The notes beneath the pieces are model-generated. The model had not been told where the DNA came from and searched no databases. It worked only from the letters and a program-made list of their open reading frames with translations. This document shows, one piece after another, positions 39,449-48,624 of a DNA stretch of 64,000 nt. Every line of letters begins with the position of its first letter. Positions within the stretch are counted from its first letter, which is position 1. The DNA is taken from the IMG/VR virus record IMGVR_UViG_3300029985_000036, positions 1-64,000 of that record, one strand, 5' to 3'. The position numbers and the translations under genes are program-made. Origin of the DNA: a virus.

Positions 39449-39955
39449 TTAGCCTTGAATGACTACAGTTTCAAGTGCCAACCTAATACGTTTGCCGAAT
39501 CTTGGTGTTTTACAAACATTGGCAACCTCACCAAAGGATTCCCAGAAACGAGGAGCCACTTCTTTGATCAGAATGTCATATTCAATGTCTTCAGCTACCG
39601 GTTTATTCAAGACGGCATATTGGGCGGTTACCATGGCTCCCATATGCCGAATGGTAATAACACCAGACCCATTATCAAAACGATCCATAACTGTTACAAT
39701 TTCAGATGGATCAATTTCACCGTGTTCATGTAGAAGAAATTTCTGTTGTGCCTCATTCAGATTCGATTCGAGCTCCAGTGTATATACAACTGGTGCATAG
39801 ATCGAACTGAATACCGGAGGTTCCACTGGAAGTTCTTCTGCTTCCTTTTTGATCGAAGCTGATTTTGTTTTTGAAGAACAGGAAGCAACAATTCCGATTC
39901 CACCAAGAACCAGCAGAGCAGTAGCAGAGATTCCAGCAACGAGTAGTTTTGACAT
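39449..39955 (-). CDS. Membrane-anchored protein or lipoprotein
   Basis: N-terminal hydrophobic helix ending VASC, lipobox-like. Confidence 0.7.
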   Translation of the reverse strand: MSKLLVAGISATALLVLGGIGIVASCSSKTKSASIKKEAEELPVEPPVFSSIYAPVVYTLELESNLNEAQQKFLLHEHGEIDPSEIVTVMDRFDNGSGVITIRHMGAMVTAQYAVLNKPVAEDIEYDILIKEVAPRFWESFGEVANVCKTPRFGKRIRLALETVVIQG

Positions 39956-39997
39956 GATGCACCTTTTGTGTTGAGTTTGGGTATAGCAGAAAGATCA

Positions 39998-40183
39998 TTA
40001 CGCCATTGGGTATCGAGTGGATCTCCATACTGTCTTATTACAAATATCACCAAGATGCCATAATTGCATATCGGTGATATCATCACAAGAAGATTTGTGA
40101 ATCTGAGGATATAGTTCATCCTCAAGAATCTGCACTGGGGAATACAGAAGGGGAGGATTATTGATCGGAATCTCAATGGGCAT
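39998..40183 (-). CDS. Small hypothetical protein
   Basis: 61 aa, AAGGAG RBS, first gene after a promoter motif. Confidence 0.65.
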   Translation of the reverse strand: MPIEIPINNPPLLYSPVQILEDELYPQIHKSSCDDITDMQLWHLGDICNKTVWRSTRYPMA

Positions 40184-40229
40184 GAGAAAACTCCTTTGAG
40201 TAAATACAGAGTTGTATTACTTCAAATAA

Positions 40230-40255
40230 GTAATATATATTTCAATGAGAATGAA
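40230..40255 (-). promoter_or_regulatory. Bipartite phage promoter-like motif containing exact TATATTAC
   Basis: Minus strand TTCA-N11-ATATATATTAC. TATATTAC is the known phiKZ early promoter core. Confidence 0.7.
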
Positions 40256-40261
40256 CTCCAG

Positions 40262-40293
40262 GTAGAACAGGATCCTAATGGATCCTGTTCTAC
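40262..40293. terminator. Palindromic hairpin
   Basis: GTAGAACAGGATCC-TAAT-GGATCCTGTTCTAC. Confidence 0.75.
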
Positions 40294-40303
40294 TTATGGG
40301 ATC

Positions 40304-41797
40304 TCAGAGATTTTTAAGTCGAGCGGCATGGTAGAACAGTGGGTTCTTAATTAGGTTATTAGATAGTTGTTGTAAGATGTCATAATCTGAAGAAAGGGAG
40401 GCTGTGCGCAGTCCATCGAGAACCGATCCTCGAGACAATATACGCATGATTGTTCCCCAGAATAGCTGGCGTATTTTAAATCCATTTGTCTTTTTTATGT
40501 CACTGATAGTTTTTAAAAGATCTTTTGTATCATTGACAAAATATACTCGAAGTTCATCACTCAAGGAATCATCTTTGAAAACAACCATATTGTTATGAAG
40601 AATATGTTCGAGGCGTAGTAATATTGGATCATATACATTGTTGTTAATGTAGAAAAGCATGCCAAATGTAGATATAAGGAATCCAAGTGATCCAAGAATA
40701 ACTTTAATTGTAGTATGGGCATTAATCGCATCTGTTATAACAGACCGTGCTGCACCAATTGTATCTAATTTTTTTAAAGCAGAGGCTAAAGCTGCACCAA
40801 GACCATGTCTAGAAACAAACTCATCTGCAATACGTTCATTATAACCAGCATTGGATTCTGTTATTACGAGATCTGAAGACTTATGAGAACTGCTATTAAT
40901 AGTTCCAAATCGACCAGCTTCCATCAATCGGGAAACAAATGCTGAGGCCAATGATCCTAAAAAGTTTAAGGCAATACTAAATATAACTGGATTCAGACTC
41001 TTATTTTGTGCAGGAGTATTTTTTATATCAACAATGATCGTATCGAATGCTTTAGACCATTCGGTATTTGGGTGTTGTTTGACTGCAGTTTCTAATGTTG
41101 AAAGAGTAGTTATAGCTGTGGTATCATCAGCATTTTCACTAAGATATCGAATACTATTACCTGCTATATCTGCTCGATGATATACATCAGCCATGTGTTC
41201 ATATATACTAATAGCATGACCACATTCATGTAGAATGACAGCAGCATGTTCTTCTGCTGTCCATGGAACAATAGTAATATTAGTTTCGTTTCCAAGATAC
41301 GTGCATACAAATAAATGTAATTGCATCAAATAGTTTGATGGTTTTGCAGTAAATGCACCTTTAGTTAAATCGATTGTTGTATCGAGAGAATCAAATAATG
41401 TTGGATTAAATTCTGTATTGCTATACGAAGAAGTTCCAGAAAAGAAATCTTGTCCGATTTCTGATTCCATCCAATCTGCATTTTTAAACATAGGAACCAT
41501 CATACAATTAAATATCCTGGCATCATGGCACATCACCATAGTGTTCATATTTAATTCTGTGGTTAAAAGTTGTTGTACTTTTGGACCAAATACATCATTG
41601 CCATATTTTTTGGCTGCTTTTAATCGTGCACTCGTTGCAATTGGAATCTTACCATCTGGTAATATAATTCTTGTTGTTTCTATCCAAGTAAGAAATTCAT
41701 TACAAATGCTCACTAATTTCTTAGCAAGTGAACTTTCTGTCTGAAAAGCAATTCGTTCAAAAGAAGCAATGGATTCAAACATAACACCAATCCCCAA
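40304..41797 (-). CDS. Zincin-like (M48-type) metallopeptidase-domain protein, probably virion head
   Basis: AVILHECGH plus a downstream ERIADEF..RHGLG..LASAL motif. Two hydrophobic segments. Confidence 0.75.
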   Translation of the reverse strand: MGIGVMFESIASFERIAFQTESSLAKKLVSICNEFLTWIETTRIILPDGKIPIATSARLKAAKKYGNDVFGPKVQQLLTTELNMNTMVMCHDARIFNCMMVPMFKNADWMESEIGQDFFSGTSSYSNTEFNPTLFDSLDTTIDLTKGAFTAKPSNYLMQLHLFVCTYLGNETNITIVPWTAEEHAAVILHECGHAISIYEHMADVYHRADIAGNSIRYLSENADDTTAITTLSTLETAVKQHPNTEWSKAFDTIIVDIKNTPAQNKSLNPVIFSIALNFLGSLASAFVSRLMEAGRFGTINSSSHKSSDLVITESNAGYNERIADEFVSRHGLGAALASALKKLDTIGAARSVITDAINAHTTIKVILGSLGFLISTFGMLFYINNNVYDPILLRLEHILHNNMVVFKDDSLSDELRVYFVNDTKDLLKTISDIKKTNGFKIRQLFWGTIMRILSRGSVLDGLRTASLSSDYDILQQLSNNLIKNPLFYHAARLKNL

Positions 41798-41872
41798 AAC
41801 CTACTATGTTGTATGCGACGGTCGGCTATAATAAGACCACTGCATACAACACAGTGGGGAAACTTATCAAAT

Positions 41873-42274
41873 TCAACTATGGGCCATTGGCTTGTGGCGA
41901 GAAGCAGCTGTTCTAAGAGGAAGTTGTGGCATAATCTGACGAATACGATCCGTTGCATATGCAACCATACGTGCAGTATGACGATAGAGTAGTATTCCAA
42001 CTGTAAGGTAAAGTAATTGTGCTATAATGGTAGTAAACATATCCCAGGATACCGGAACTGTAGGTATGCTTGTATAAAAGTTATACACAAGTAATATCAC
42101 AGAAATCAAAATGGTTACATACGGAGACTGAATCTCTACATCATACCAAGCAACGGTTCGTTTGACCCGTTGAAGATAATGAATATTATCAGCAATTATG
42201 CAAGTAAAGAGTGCCAGTGTAACGAGCATCAATCCTACATTTGTCATTGAAATAATTACTGCGAGCATACTCAT
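41873..42274 (-). CDS. Three-TM small membrane protein
   Basis: Three hydrophobic helices and a basic C-terminus. Confidence 0.7.
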   Translation of the reverse strand: MSMLAVIISMTNVGLMLVTLALFTCIIADNIHYLQRVKRTVAWYDVEIQSPYVTILISVILLVYNFYTSIPTVPVSWDMFTTIIAQLLYLTVGILLYRHTARMVAYATDRIRQIMPQLPLRTAASRHKPMAHS

Positions 42275-42657
42275 TATTCCTTACAATCGGTTAGTGTTCC
42301 CAAGGATATCGTATCTGTTTGTAGCCCATCTAAAGCAGCAAGTCGCTGTTGTAGATGCTCGATAATGTGGTGTAAGGCATCTATCGTTTGCTGTAATTCT
42401 ATATTGTTTACAGTAAGAATATTCTTCTCATTGACATGAACATTAACTGTTTCATGTGCAAGGTCTTTAAGCCGATTGGCTTCAGCAAGATCTTCAGTAA
42501 GTCGGATAATATAATCATTCTTCTGTAATTCCCGACGATCGTCGCGTTGGTCTGCAATAAACCGTCGATAATAGGAATATACAAAACCGATCACAACAGC
42601 AGCATACCGAATAACGTCGAGATGTTGCTGTACCCACTGAATGAGAAGGGCTTCCAT
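42274..42657 (-). CDS. N-terminal TM plus coiled-coil protein
   Basis: YAAVVIGFVYSYY helix followed by heptad repeats. AGGAG RBS. Confidence 0.7.
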   Translation of the reverse strand: MEALLIQWVQQHLDVIRYAAVVIGFVYSYYRRFIADQRDDRRELQKNDYIIRLTEDLAEANRLKDLAHETVNVHVNEKNILTVNNIELQQTIDALHHIIEHLQQRLAALDGLQTDTISLGTLTDCKE

Positions 42658-42712
42658 TCATTCATACTCCTATCCTTATGTCATATTAAACCCTCGGTAT
42701 CATAATAACAAG

Positions 42713-42753
42713 CATCAGATAGAACACGTCATAGCAACGTGTTCTATCTGATG
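42713..42753. terminator. Hairpin with 17-bp arms
   Basis: CATCAGATAGAACACGT-N7-ACGTGTTCTATCTGATG. Confidence 0.75.
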
Positions 42754-42779
42754 GCCTTAAATATCAAGTAACAAGAAGA

Positions 42780-43934
42780 TCAAGCAGCTTCTGGTTCTGG
42801 ACCAGTTGAATCTCCACCGATGCATCCCATAACAGTCAATGTATTATGAACTGCATTGAGAGACATGTTCAAAGCAGCCGACATACAACAGAGGTTCGAG
42901 GATACTTGACAATGGACCATATCGGCCTGTGTCGTCATACCACAAGAAAGTGCTTCTTCAGCATCGACCACATCGTCAGCAATCGCATCATCAATTGCTG
43001 GTGGAACATCGTTGTCGATTGATGTGACAAAAATAGCGGCATCCCGCAACTTAGAAACGATATCGTCCTTGCGAGCGAGCAAGTCCTTGACAGCTCCGAT
43101 AAGAGATTTGGTAGTTTCCAACAGATCTCCAAGATTCTCACTGGTATAACCATGACCAGTAAGAGAATTCTCTGTTGGTTCCATCTGAGATGGAACATCA
43201 CTCAACTGAAGCTGATGTGGATTGGTCGGATTGATGAACAATCCAGTGTGGTTACCAAGTTGCTCGACGATTGCTTCCAACTTCTCTTTGTAAACATCCA
43301 TCGCATCCCGATCGGTCGGATCAGAAACAACAATGTCAATTTCTGGCAATGCTGCAATCAATGCTTCAATGCAGTTGTTGACATCAGAATAATGTACTGC
43401 TTCTGCAGATCCTGCCAACACAGAATCATCTGTGAATCCGTTGGAGAACACAGCAAGATAATGCCCAACTTCAGCATCGAGATCTTCAATCTGTTCAGAG
43501 GTGGTATCAAACAGAGTGTCAACCGTATCTGCACTACTGTTGATCCAATTTCCAATCACACCAGGTTCCGTATCCAGAGCCTCATCAAGGCCACCGAGTG
43601 CATTCTGGGTCCGGGGATCTGTCTGTCCTGTCGCAATCATATCGAGAGTTTCGGTGCTTGGAAGATTTGAGATAATATTGCTGATCCGATTTTTCGGATT
43701 AACAAATTCCATCAACGCACGATTGATCCCAAATGCCCGAACAACAGCTCGAAATTGTCGCATGTCGGTGTAATCATGAATACGATGATTCATGGATTCA
43801 ATACCAACAGTAAGTGCCGTTGCTATTTTGGTATAACGTACACCAGCCAGAAGCTTCTGTCGTGCACCTTGAATCTGCATGATGTCATCCCGTGGCTGGG
43901 GGATGGTAGTGATGAGTGAAAGACCGTTAAACAT
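42780..43934 (-). CDS. Acidic internal head protein with S/A/G-X-E processing sites
   Basis: VGIES and PSTE motifs near the N-terminus. Start MFNGL follows AAGGAG. Confidence 0.65.
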   Translation of the reverse strand: MFNGLSLITTIPQPRDDIMQIQGARQKLLAGVRYTKIATALTVGIESMNHRIHDYTDMRQFRAVVRAFGINRALMEFVNPKNRISNIISNLPSTETLDMIATGQTDPRTQNALGGLDEALDTEPGVIGNWINSSADTVDTLFDTTSEQIEDLDAEVGHYLAVFSNGFTDDSVLAGSAEAVHYSDVNNCIEALIAALPEIDIVVSDPTDRDAMDVYKEKLEAIVEQLGNHTGLFINPTNPHQLQLSDVPSQMEPTENSLTGHGYTSENLGDLLETTKSLIGAVKDLLARKDDIVSKLRDAAIFVTSIDNDVPPAIDDAIADDVVDAEEALSCGMTTQADMVHCQVSSNLCCMSAALNMSLNAVHNTLTVMGCIGGDSTGPEPEAA

Positions 43935-44823
43935 TATCGACTCCTTTATTTCCATTCGCTTCGACGGTAAACGTAGCGGCATATCGAACGCCACCAAAGT
44001 AGAGAAGAACGGCATCGAGACTTTGAACGTACTCGATACCCCATCGTGAGATGGCCATAGTTTCATCAGAACAAGCCTGAATTAACATGGGATCAAATGG
44101 TATCGCTGCGAGTGTGAAATCAGTAATGTTCAATGTCCGATCATAAGACCGGTTAATGATTTCGTCACTGAACCGCAAAAGATTGAGATGATAATACCGA
44201 CATCCGATATAAAAGACAATCTTCAAAGCATTAAGCAGACGCTTGCGTTCTGGTAATCGGAACATCTCATCGAGTACTGCAATAGTACGAATGATAGCTT
44301 CTGATGATGACACACCACCACGCGGATATGTGGCATTATAATGACACGTCTCAACTACAGCTTCCATACTGTCATGCCGCTGAACGCGTGAGTTGTCAGT
44401 ACGGTTTTGCATTTTTGCAAAATGGTTGAGAGCGTGTACCACTTCACTCGTAAGACATTTGTCATCTCCAAATGCCTTAACAAGATCACGGGACATCGTG
44501 TCTGTGATCAATTTGTAAAGCACTTGAATGTTATACACAATTGAACTATTGGCAAAAGTCTGCAACTGGTTCTGTTGAAGACGACTGGTGGAAAGAGTTG
44601 CACCATATGCCTGTTCCAACACTGAAGTATCAAGATCCAGAGTGCCCATACGATGGCTGTAGAGCTTTACCAGACCTGGACTGGGAAATGCAGATTCAGG
44701 GACATGACTGAGAAGTTGAATATAGGCATGAACCAGATGAAAAACATCATGGAAATAGCCAGGTTTCGGAGGATTAATATCCTCTGGCAATTCAAGATAT
44801 GGAGCCGTAGTTCCCGTTGTCAT
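43927..44823 (-). CDS. Probable virion head protein
   Basis: 298 aa in the head-protein cluster, contains SME and SSE motifs. Confidence 0.6.
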   Translation of the reverse strand: MTTGTTAPYLELPEDINPPKPGYFHDVFHLVHAYIQLLSHVPESAFPSPGLVKLYSHRMGTLDLDTSVLEQAYGATLSTSRLQQNQLQTFANSSIVYNIQVLYKLITDTMSRDLVKAFGDDKCLTSEVVHALNHFAKMQNRTDNSRVQRHDSMEAVVETCHYNATYPRGGVSSSEAIIRTIAVLDEMFRLPERKRLLNALKIVFYIGCRYYHLNLLRFSDEIINRSYDRTLNITDFTLAAIPFDPMLIQACSDETMAISRWGIEYVQSLDAVLLYFGGVRYAATFTVEANGNKGVDNV

Positions 44824-44830
44824 GGTGTTC

Positions 44831-45814
44831 TCACATCTGCTCGTAGCGGTCGATCAGTGCATCCAGTTTGGACAACTCGTCACTGTACTTCTGCAAAATC
44901 TCTTGTTTGCGAAGATATTCAGTAGACTGAGGATCCATCCGATCTGCATCCATCTGCAATACAACCAGTTTTGCCTGTACCCATTCACGCATTGCAATAT
45001 TGCGCTTATACTTGGCACGAGAAAAATATCCAAAGGCTTCTCGTAAAAAGAGGATGGGCTGAAAAGCAGAGAATCCCTGCATGAGGTAACGGACACCAGG
45101 ATAGTCATTAATATTGGCATAACTATCCAAGGTAGCGGCATCTGTATAAATTGAAACATCTCCGGTCTTGCGTACATTTTGCACGAGATACACAATCCCT
45201 CGAGTCGCACCACGGGAGAGAACATCTGTAACAAAATCAGCAACCGTCTTGCTTGAATTTTGAATAACAGCCATGCGATATGCAGGAGTTCGAATTGGAT
45301 TATCTGGATTGTTATCCATCTGACCCAAGAAGAAACAGAACCAATCTGCTAGCAGACTTGAAAGATTAATAAATCCAAAGATAGCAGCATGCGACAATTT
45401 CATCTGATCAAGTGCAATTTCACCATCATCCGTGCCGCCCTTGAATAACAAATCGAAATTGCTACGCATGGTTTCATGATCTGCTAACACGATCTTTGTT
45501 GCAGCATAAATGCTACTGAAGAATTTAGAAGTTTCCTGTTGACGAGCACTTGAACTGAGTGATTTCACATAGAGATCATAGCATTCTCGAGCCACAGTAT
45601 TGCTTGTAGCACCACGTGTGGATAAAAGTTCTTTCTTGATATATTCAAACAATGCAGGATTGTGCTCATACGAGGAGATCACCAATCGCAAAGTGATGAG
45701 ATTGTTATCAATCAGATCCAGAACATTGTTCTTATTGACGGGGTCGGCATCCTTGTGACGTTTAAACATATCAGCAAACATAGTGCTGATACTGCGAAAA
45801 ATATCCATTGACAA
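44831..45814 (-). CDS. Virion head protein (phiKZ gp84-86 cluster-like)
   Basis: Helical, C-terminal coiled coil, syntenic position. Confidence 0.6.
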   Translation of the reverse strand: MSMDIFRSISTMFADMFKRHKDADPVNKNNVLDLIDNNLITLRLVISSYEHNPALFEYIKKELLSTRGATSNTVARECYDLYVKSLSSSARQQETSKFFSSIYAATKIVLADHETMRSNFDLLFKGGTDDGEIALDQMKLSHAAIFGFINLSSLLADWFCFFLGQMDNNPDNPIRTPAYRMAVIQNSSKTVADFVTDVLSRGATRGIVYLVQNVRKTGDVSIYTDAATLDSYANINDYPGVRYLMQGFSAFQPILFLREAFGYFSRAKYKRNIAMREWVQAKLVVLQMDADRMDPQSTEYLRKQEILQKYSDELSKLDALIDRYEQM

Positions 45815-45822
45815 TGTCCTTC

Positions 45823-47268
45823 TTAGAATTTAGGCGACCGGCCCTGGCCGAGGGCATTCATGACGGCCACAAGGTCGAGACCGCTATCGCCCTTGTTCTT
45901 CAGTTTCATCTGATCGAAGGAAAAAGTCGCTTCGTCATCAAGACCGTTGTAATAAAAAGTAACCCGATCATAGAGAGTGTCAACAACAACCAAGATCATT
46001 GCAAATGAGGTATTGAAAAAACTCTGACGAGATTGTGGGTTGGTAATATCAATACCACTTTCGACTTTTGCTCGCTGAACTGTTTCACGACTAAAGATCA
46101 ATACCGAGTTGGCAATGTTGCGTGAACGAGCTGCCTGATCTTTCGTCAAGTTCATAAGAGCACGTCCGCGACTTGATGTCTGCTTATTAATAGCAGCATC
46201 AAGCACTCCCGTTGGATCCATGCGACGAAGCCGTTCCCGCCGAGTGGTAATGTCGCTGAGAGCAACAAGATCTTTCCAAAATGAAATCTCACCGGTACGC
46301 CACTGCATTACACGTTGAGAAAAAGAAGGAATAATATCTTTACTGATAAAATGAACAGCCAATGCAGATGGAATTAGGTATGGCGCTAGTTGAATGAGTA
46401 AATTCATTGTTACATTTGATAGAGGATTGTCAGGATTGGTAAGGGTGACTTCAATTACCTTACCTGCAGGAACATGATTATTACCATCAAGTTCAACTAC
46501 TTTACCAGTGGCACTTGCTGAAGAAATAGTTCCTGCTGCAATCCCGACATTACGTTTTGCCAGTTTATCAGCGATTTCCTTTTCAATATCTGCTTTAGCA
46601 GCTTCTCGCTTATCTTTAGCAGCTTCTCGTACCGCACGCGCTTCATCAAATTTTGTACGAATGGCATCGCGGTCGGCCTCTCGGGTTGCACGAGCCAAAT
46701 CAGCTGCTTCTCGAATCTCATCTCGTTTTTCGTCAGCTAACTTTTTAGCCTCTTCACGAGCGTTCTCACGGGTAATACGATCGAGATCTGCTTGTCTTTT
46801 TTCCTGATCCTTGATAATATCACGGGCAGTTTTATCTATATCCCGTTGTTCACGATTGCGTTCACGCGTTTCCCGATCATGACTAGCGATTTGTCGTTCA
46901 AATTCATCATCCGCTGCACTGAATGTAGCAGCCACCGACTCGTGGGGTAGCATAGATTCAGTTGCTACCACTCGCAACATCGACTGAACGTCACGATCTT
47001 TTGTAACAAATCGATTCATCTGCAATGCGGTTAATACAAATGCAGCATATTGAGTATGAACTGTCTTGATGACATCAGTAACAATGGGATCTGCATACAC
47101 AGCTTCGTCAATATAAACTCGACTGGTTATGCACAAAGGTTTAACGTATGACGTCAAACTGACTTGACCGGCATCCGCGATATCTTTACCACTATCCATT
47201 AGAGTATTTACTGTATTGTAGATCGTGGCAACGGAGGCGGCCGTTGCAGCAACTGAAATGGGATCCAT
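45823..47268 (-). CDS. Virion head protein (phiKZ gp84-86 cluster-like)
   Basis: SLTSYVKP..I.SRVYID, GKVIEV and WRTGEISFWKDLV motifs. ATE site. Confidence 0.7.
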   Translation of the reverse strand: MDPISVAATAASVATIYNTVNTLMDSGKDIADAGQVSLTSYVKPLCITSRVYIDEAVYADPIVTDVIKTVHTQYAAFVLTALQMNRFVTKDRDVQSMLRVVATESMLPHESVAATFSAADDEFERQIASHDRETRERNREQRDIDKTARDIIKDQEKRQADLDRITRENAREEAKKLADEKRDEIREAADLARATREADRDAIRTKFDEARAVREAAKDKREAAKADIEKEIADKLAKRNVGIAAGTISSASATGKVVELDGNNHVPAGKVIEVTLTNPDNPLSNVTMNLLIQLAPYLIPSALAVHFISKDIIPSFSQRVMQWRTGEISFWKDLVALSDITTRRERLRRMDPTGVLDAAINKQTSSRGRALMNLTKDQAARSRNIANSVLIFSRETVQRAKVESGIDITNPQSRQSFFNTSFAMILVVVDTLYDRVTFYYNGLDDEATFSFDQMKLKNKGDSGLDLVAVMNALGQGRSPKF

Positions 47269-47450
47269 GAACTACCACCTTTCTTTTTCTACTAATATAT
47301 CACTGAAAATAATACTAACGATAGACCATTATCGATGGAATACTATTTTCTTCATGTGAGTATGCCCAAAACTAATAGGCATCTAAACCATATTATGATT
47401 TGGCGCTAGTCTGCGCACTTATTGTCGATGCCACAAAATGGAATGGTAAT

Positions 47451-48599
47451 ATGGCCAATATCCCAACGGCGACACCTGCTCCAAGTTTAACCGCAGGTGC
47501 GGCTGCAATAACAAATTCTTTGTTGGATGCTCAGAGTGCAGCACTGGAGGAATTGTTTTCTCAGGCCACTCAACAAACATTCCGTGCAGCAGGTACAGGA
47601 AGTTATCTTCAGCAATATCAAACTCTACTATCTCAATTTGATAGGTTTGGCATTAATGCCATGCTACCAAATCATGAGGTCGTTGGCTTTACATTTATTA
47701 CCAGACCCAAATTAAATTTCTCAACAACATCCCTTCGACAAGATCGTATTTTGATGATGTTGGATACTCCAGATCCTGGAACTTTGCAATTTGCAATGCG
47801 TTGTTATTTGGACACGTATTATTCAAGTCGGTCTGATGTTCTACAAGTGGCTGCGAAATGTCCATTCTTCAATTCACAATCTCCTTTTTTAATTCCACTG
47901 TCAAACAATCTACTTTCTGTATCGGGATGGCCAGATCCAGTCATCGAAACTGAAACGACTGATGGTGGATTTTTCAGTGAAGATATGACCATGGCTAAAG
48001 GTTCAGATCGACTGAATAAAACCTATGATATCACGTTGACATTTCGTGATATTCAAGGTGGATTTATTATATCCATGTTGTGGATGTGGATCCATTATAT
48101 CGAGTTAGTTGTTCGTGGTGATACCACTGCGTATCCTGAAGATATTGCTGCACGTCGGATAAATTATACGTGTTCAATCTATCGTTTTGTAATGGATCCA
48201 TCTCGTCAATTTATTACGAAATGGTCAAAAGCAACTGGTTGTTTTCCACGATCTGTGCCTATCGGTAATATCTTTAATTTCGGTGAACGAGAAAACTTTA
48301 TCAAAAGTGCTGAACAATATTCAGTTCCATTCACTGTAAATAAAGTTGAAATCATGGATCCCATTATCTTTCGGGATTTTAACACAATTGTTAAACGATA
48401 TTATCCGTTTGCTGGTAATCCAACTTCAGTTATAGCAGGAATGCAGGCACAAGACAATTTCATGGGTATTCCTTATATCGATACATTAGGCGGTTTTAAT
48501 AAATTGAATTTCTTGTTGGATCCAGGTACCACAGTAAAGGATCCCTTTATGGAAACACTGAAGCAGCTGAATGCTGCATATTTGGCAACACAGGCTTAG
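47451..48599 (+). CDS. Tail tube-like baseplate protein (phiKZ gp88-like)
   Basis: GFTFITRPKLN, LSNNLLSVSGWPD, YTCSIYRFVMD, GCFP. Confidence 0.7.
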   Translation: MANIPTATPAPSLTAGAAAITNSLLDAQSAALEELFSQATQQTFRAAGTGSYLQQYQTLLSQFDRFGINAMLPNHEVVGFTFITRPKLNFSTTSLRQDRILMMLDTPDPGTLQFAMRCYLDTYYSSRSDVLQVAAKCPFFNSQSPFLIPLSNNLLSVSGWPDPVIETETTDGGFFSEDMTMAKGSDRLNKTYDITLTFRDIQGGFIISMLWMWIHYIELVVRGDTTAYPEDIAARRINYTCSIYRFVMDPSRQFITKWSKATGCFPRSVPIGNIFNFGERENFIKSAEQYSVPFTVNKVEIMDPIIFRDFNTIVKRYYPFAGNPTSVIAGMQAQDNFMGIPYIDTLGGFNKLNFLLDPGTTVKDPFMETLKQLNAAYLATQA

Positions 48600-48624
48600 A
48601 ACTTGATCAGGAGAATAAGTTTCC

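Noticed and set aside
43935-44066. N-terminal extension of the 428-aa ORF
   Set aside because: Overlaps the upstream gene. A strong AAGGAG supports the start at 43934.
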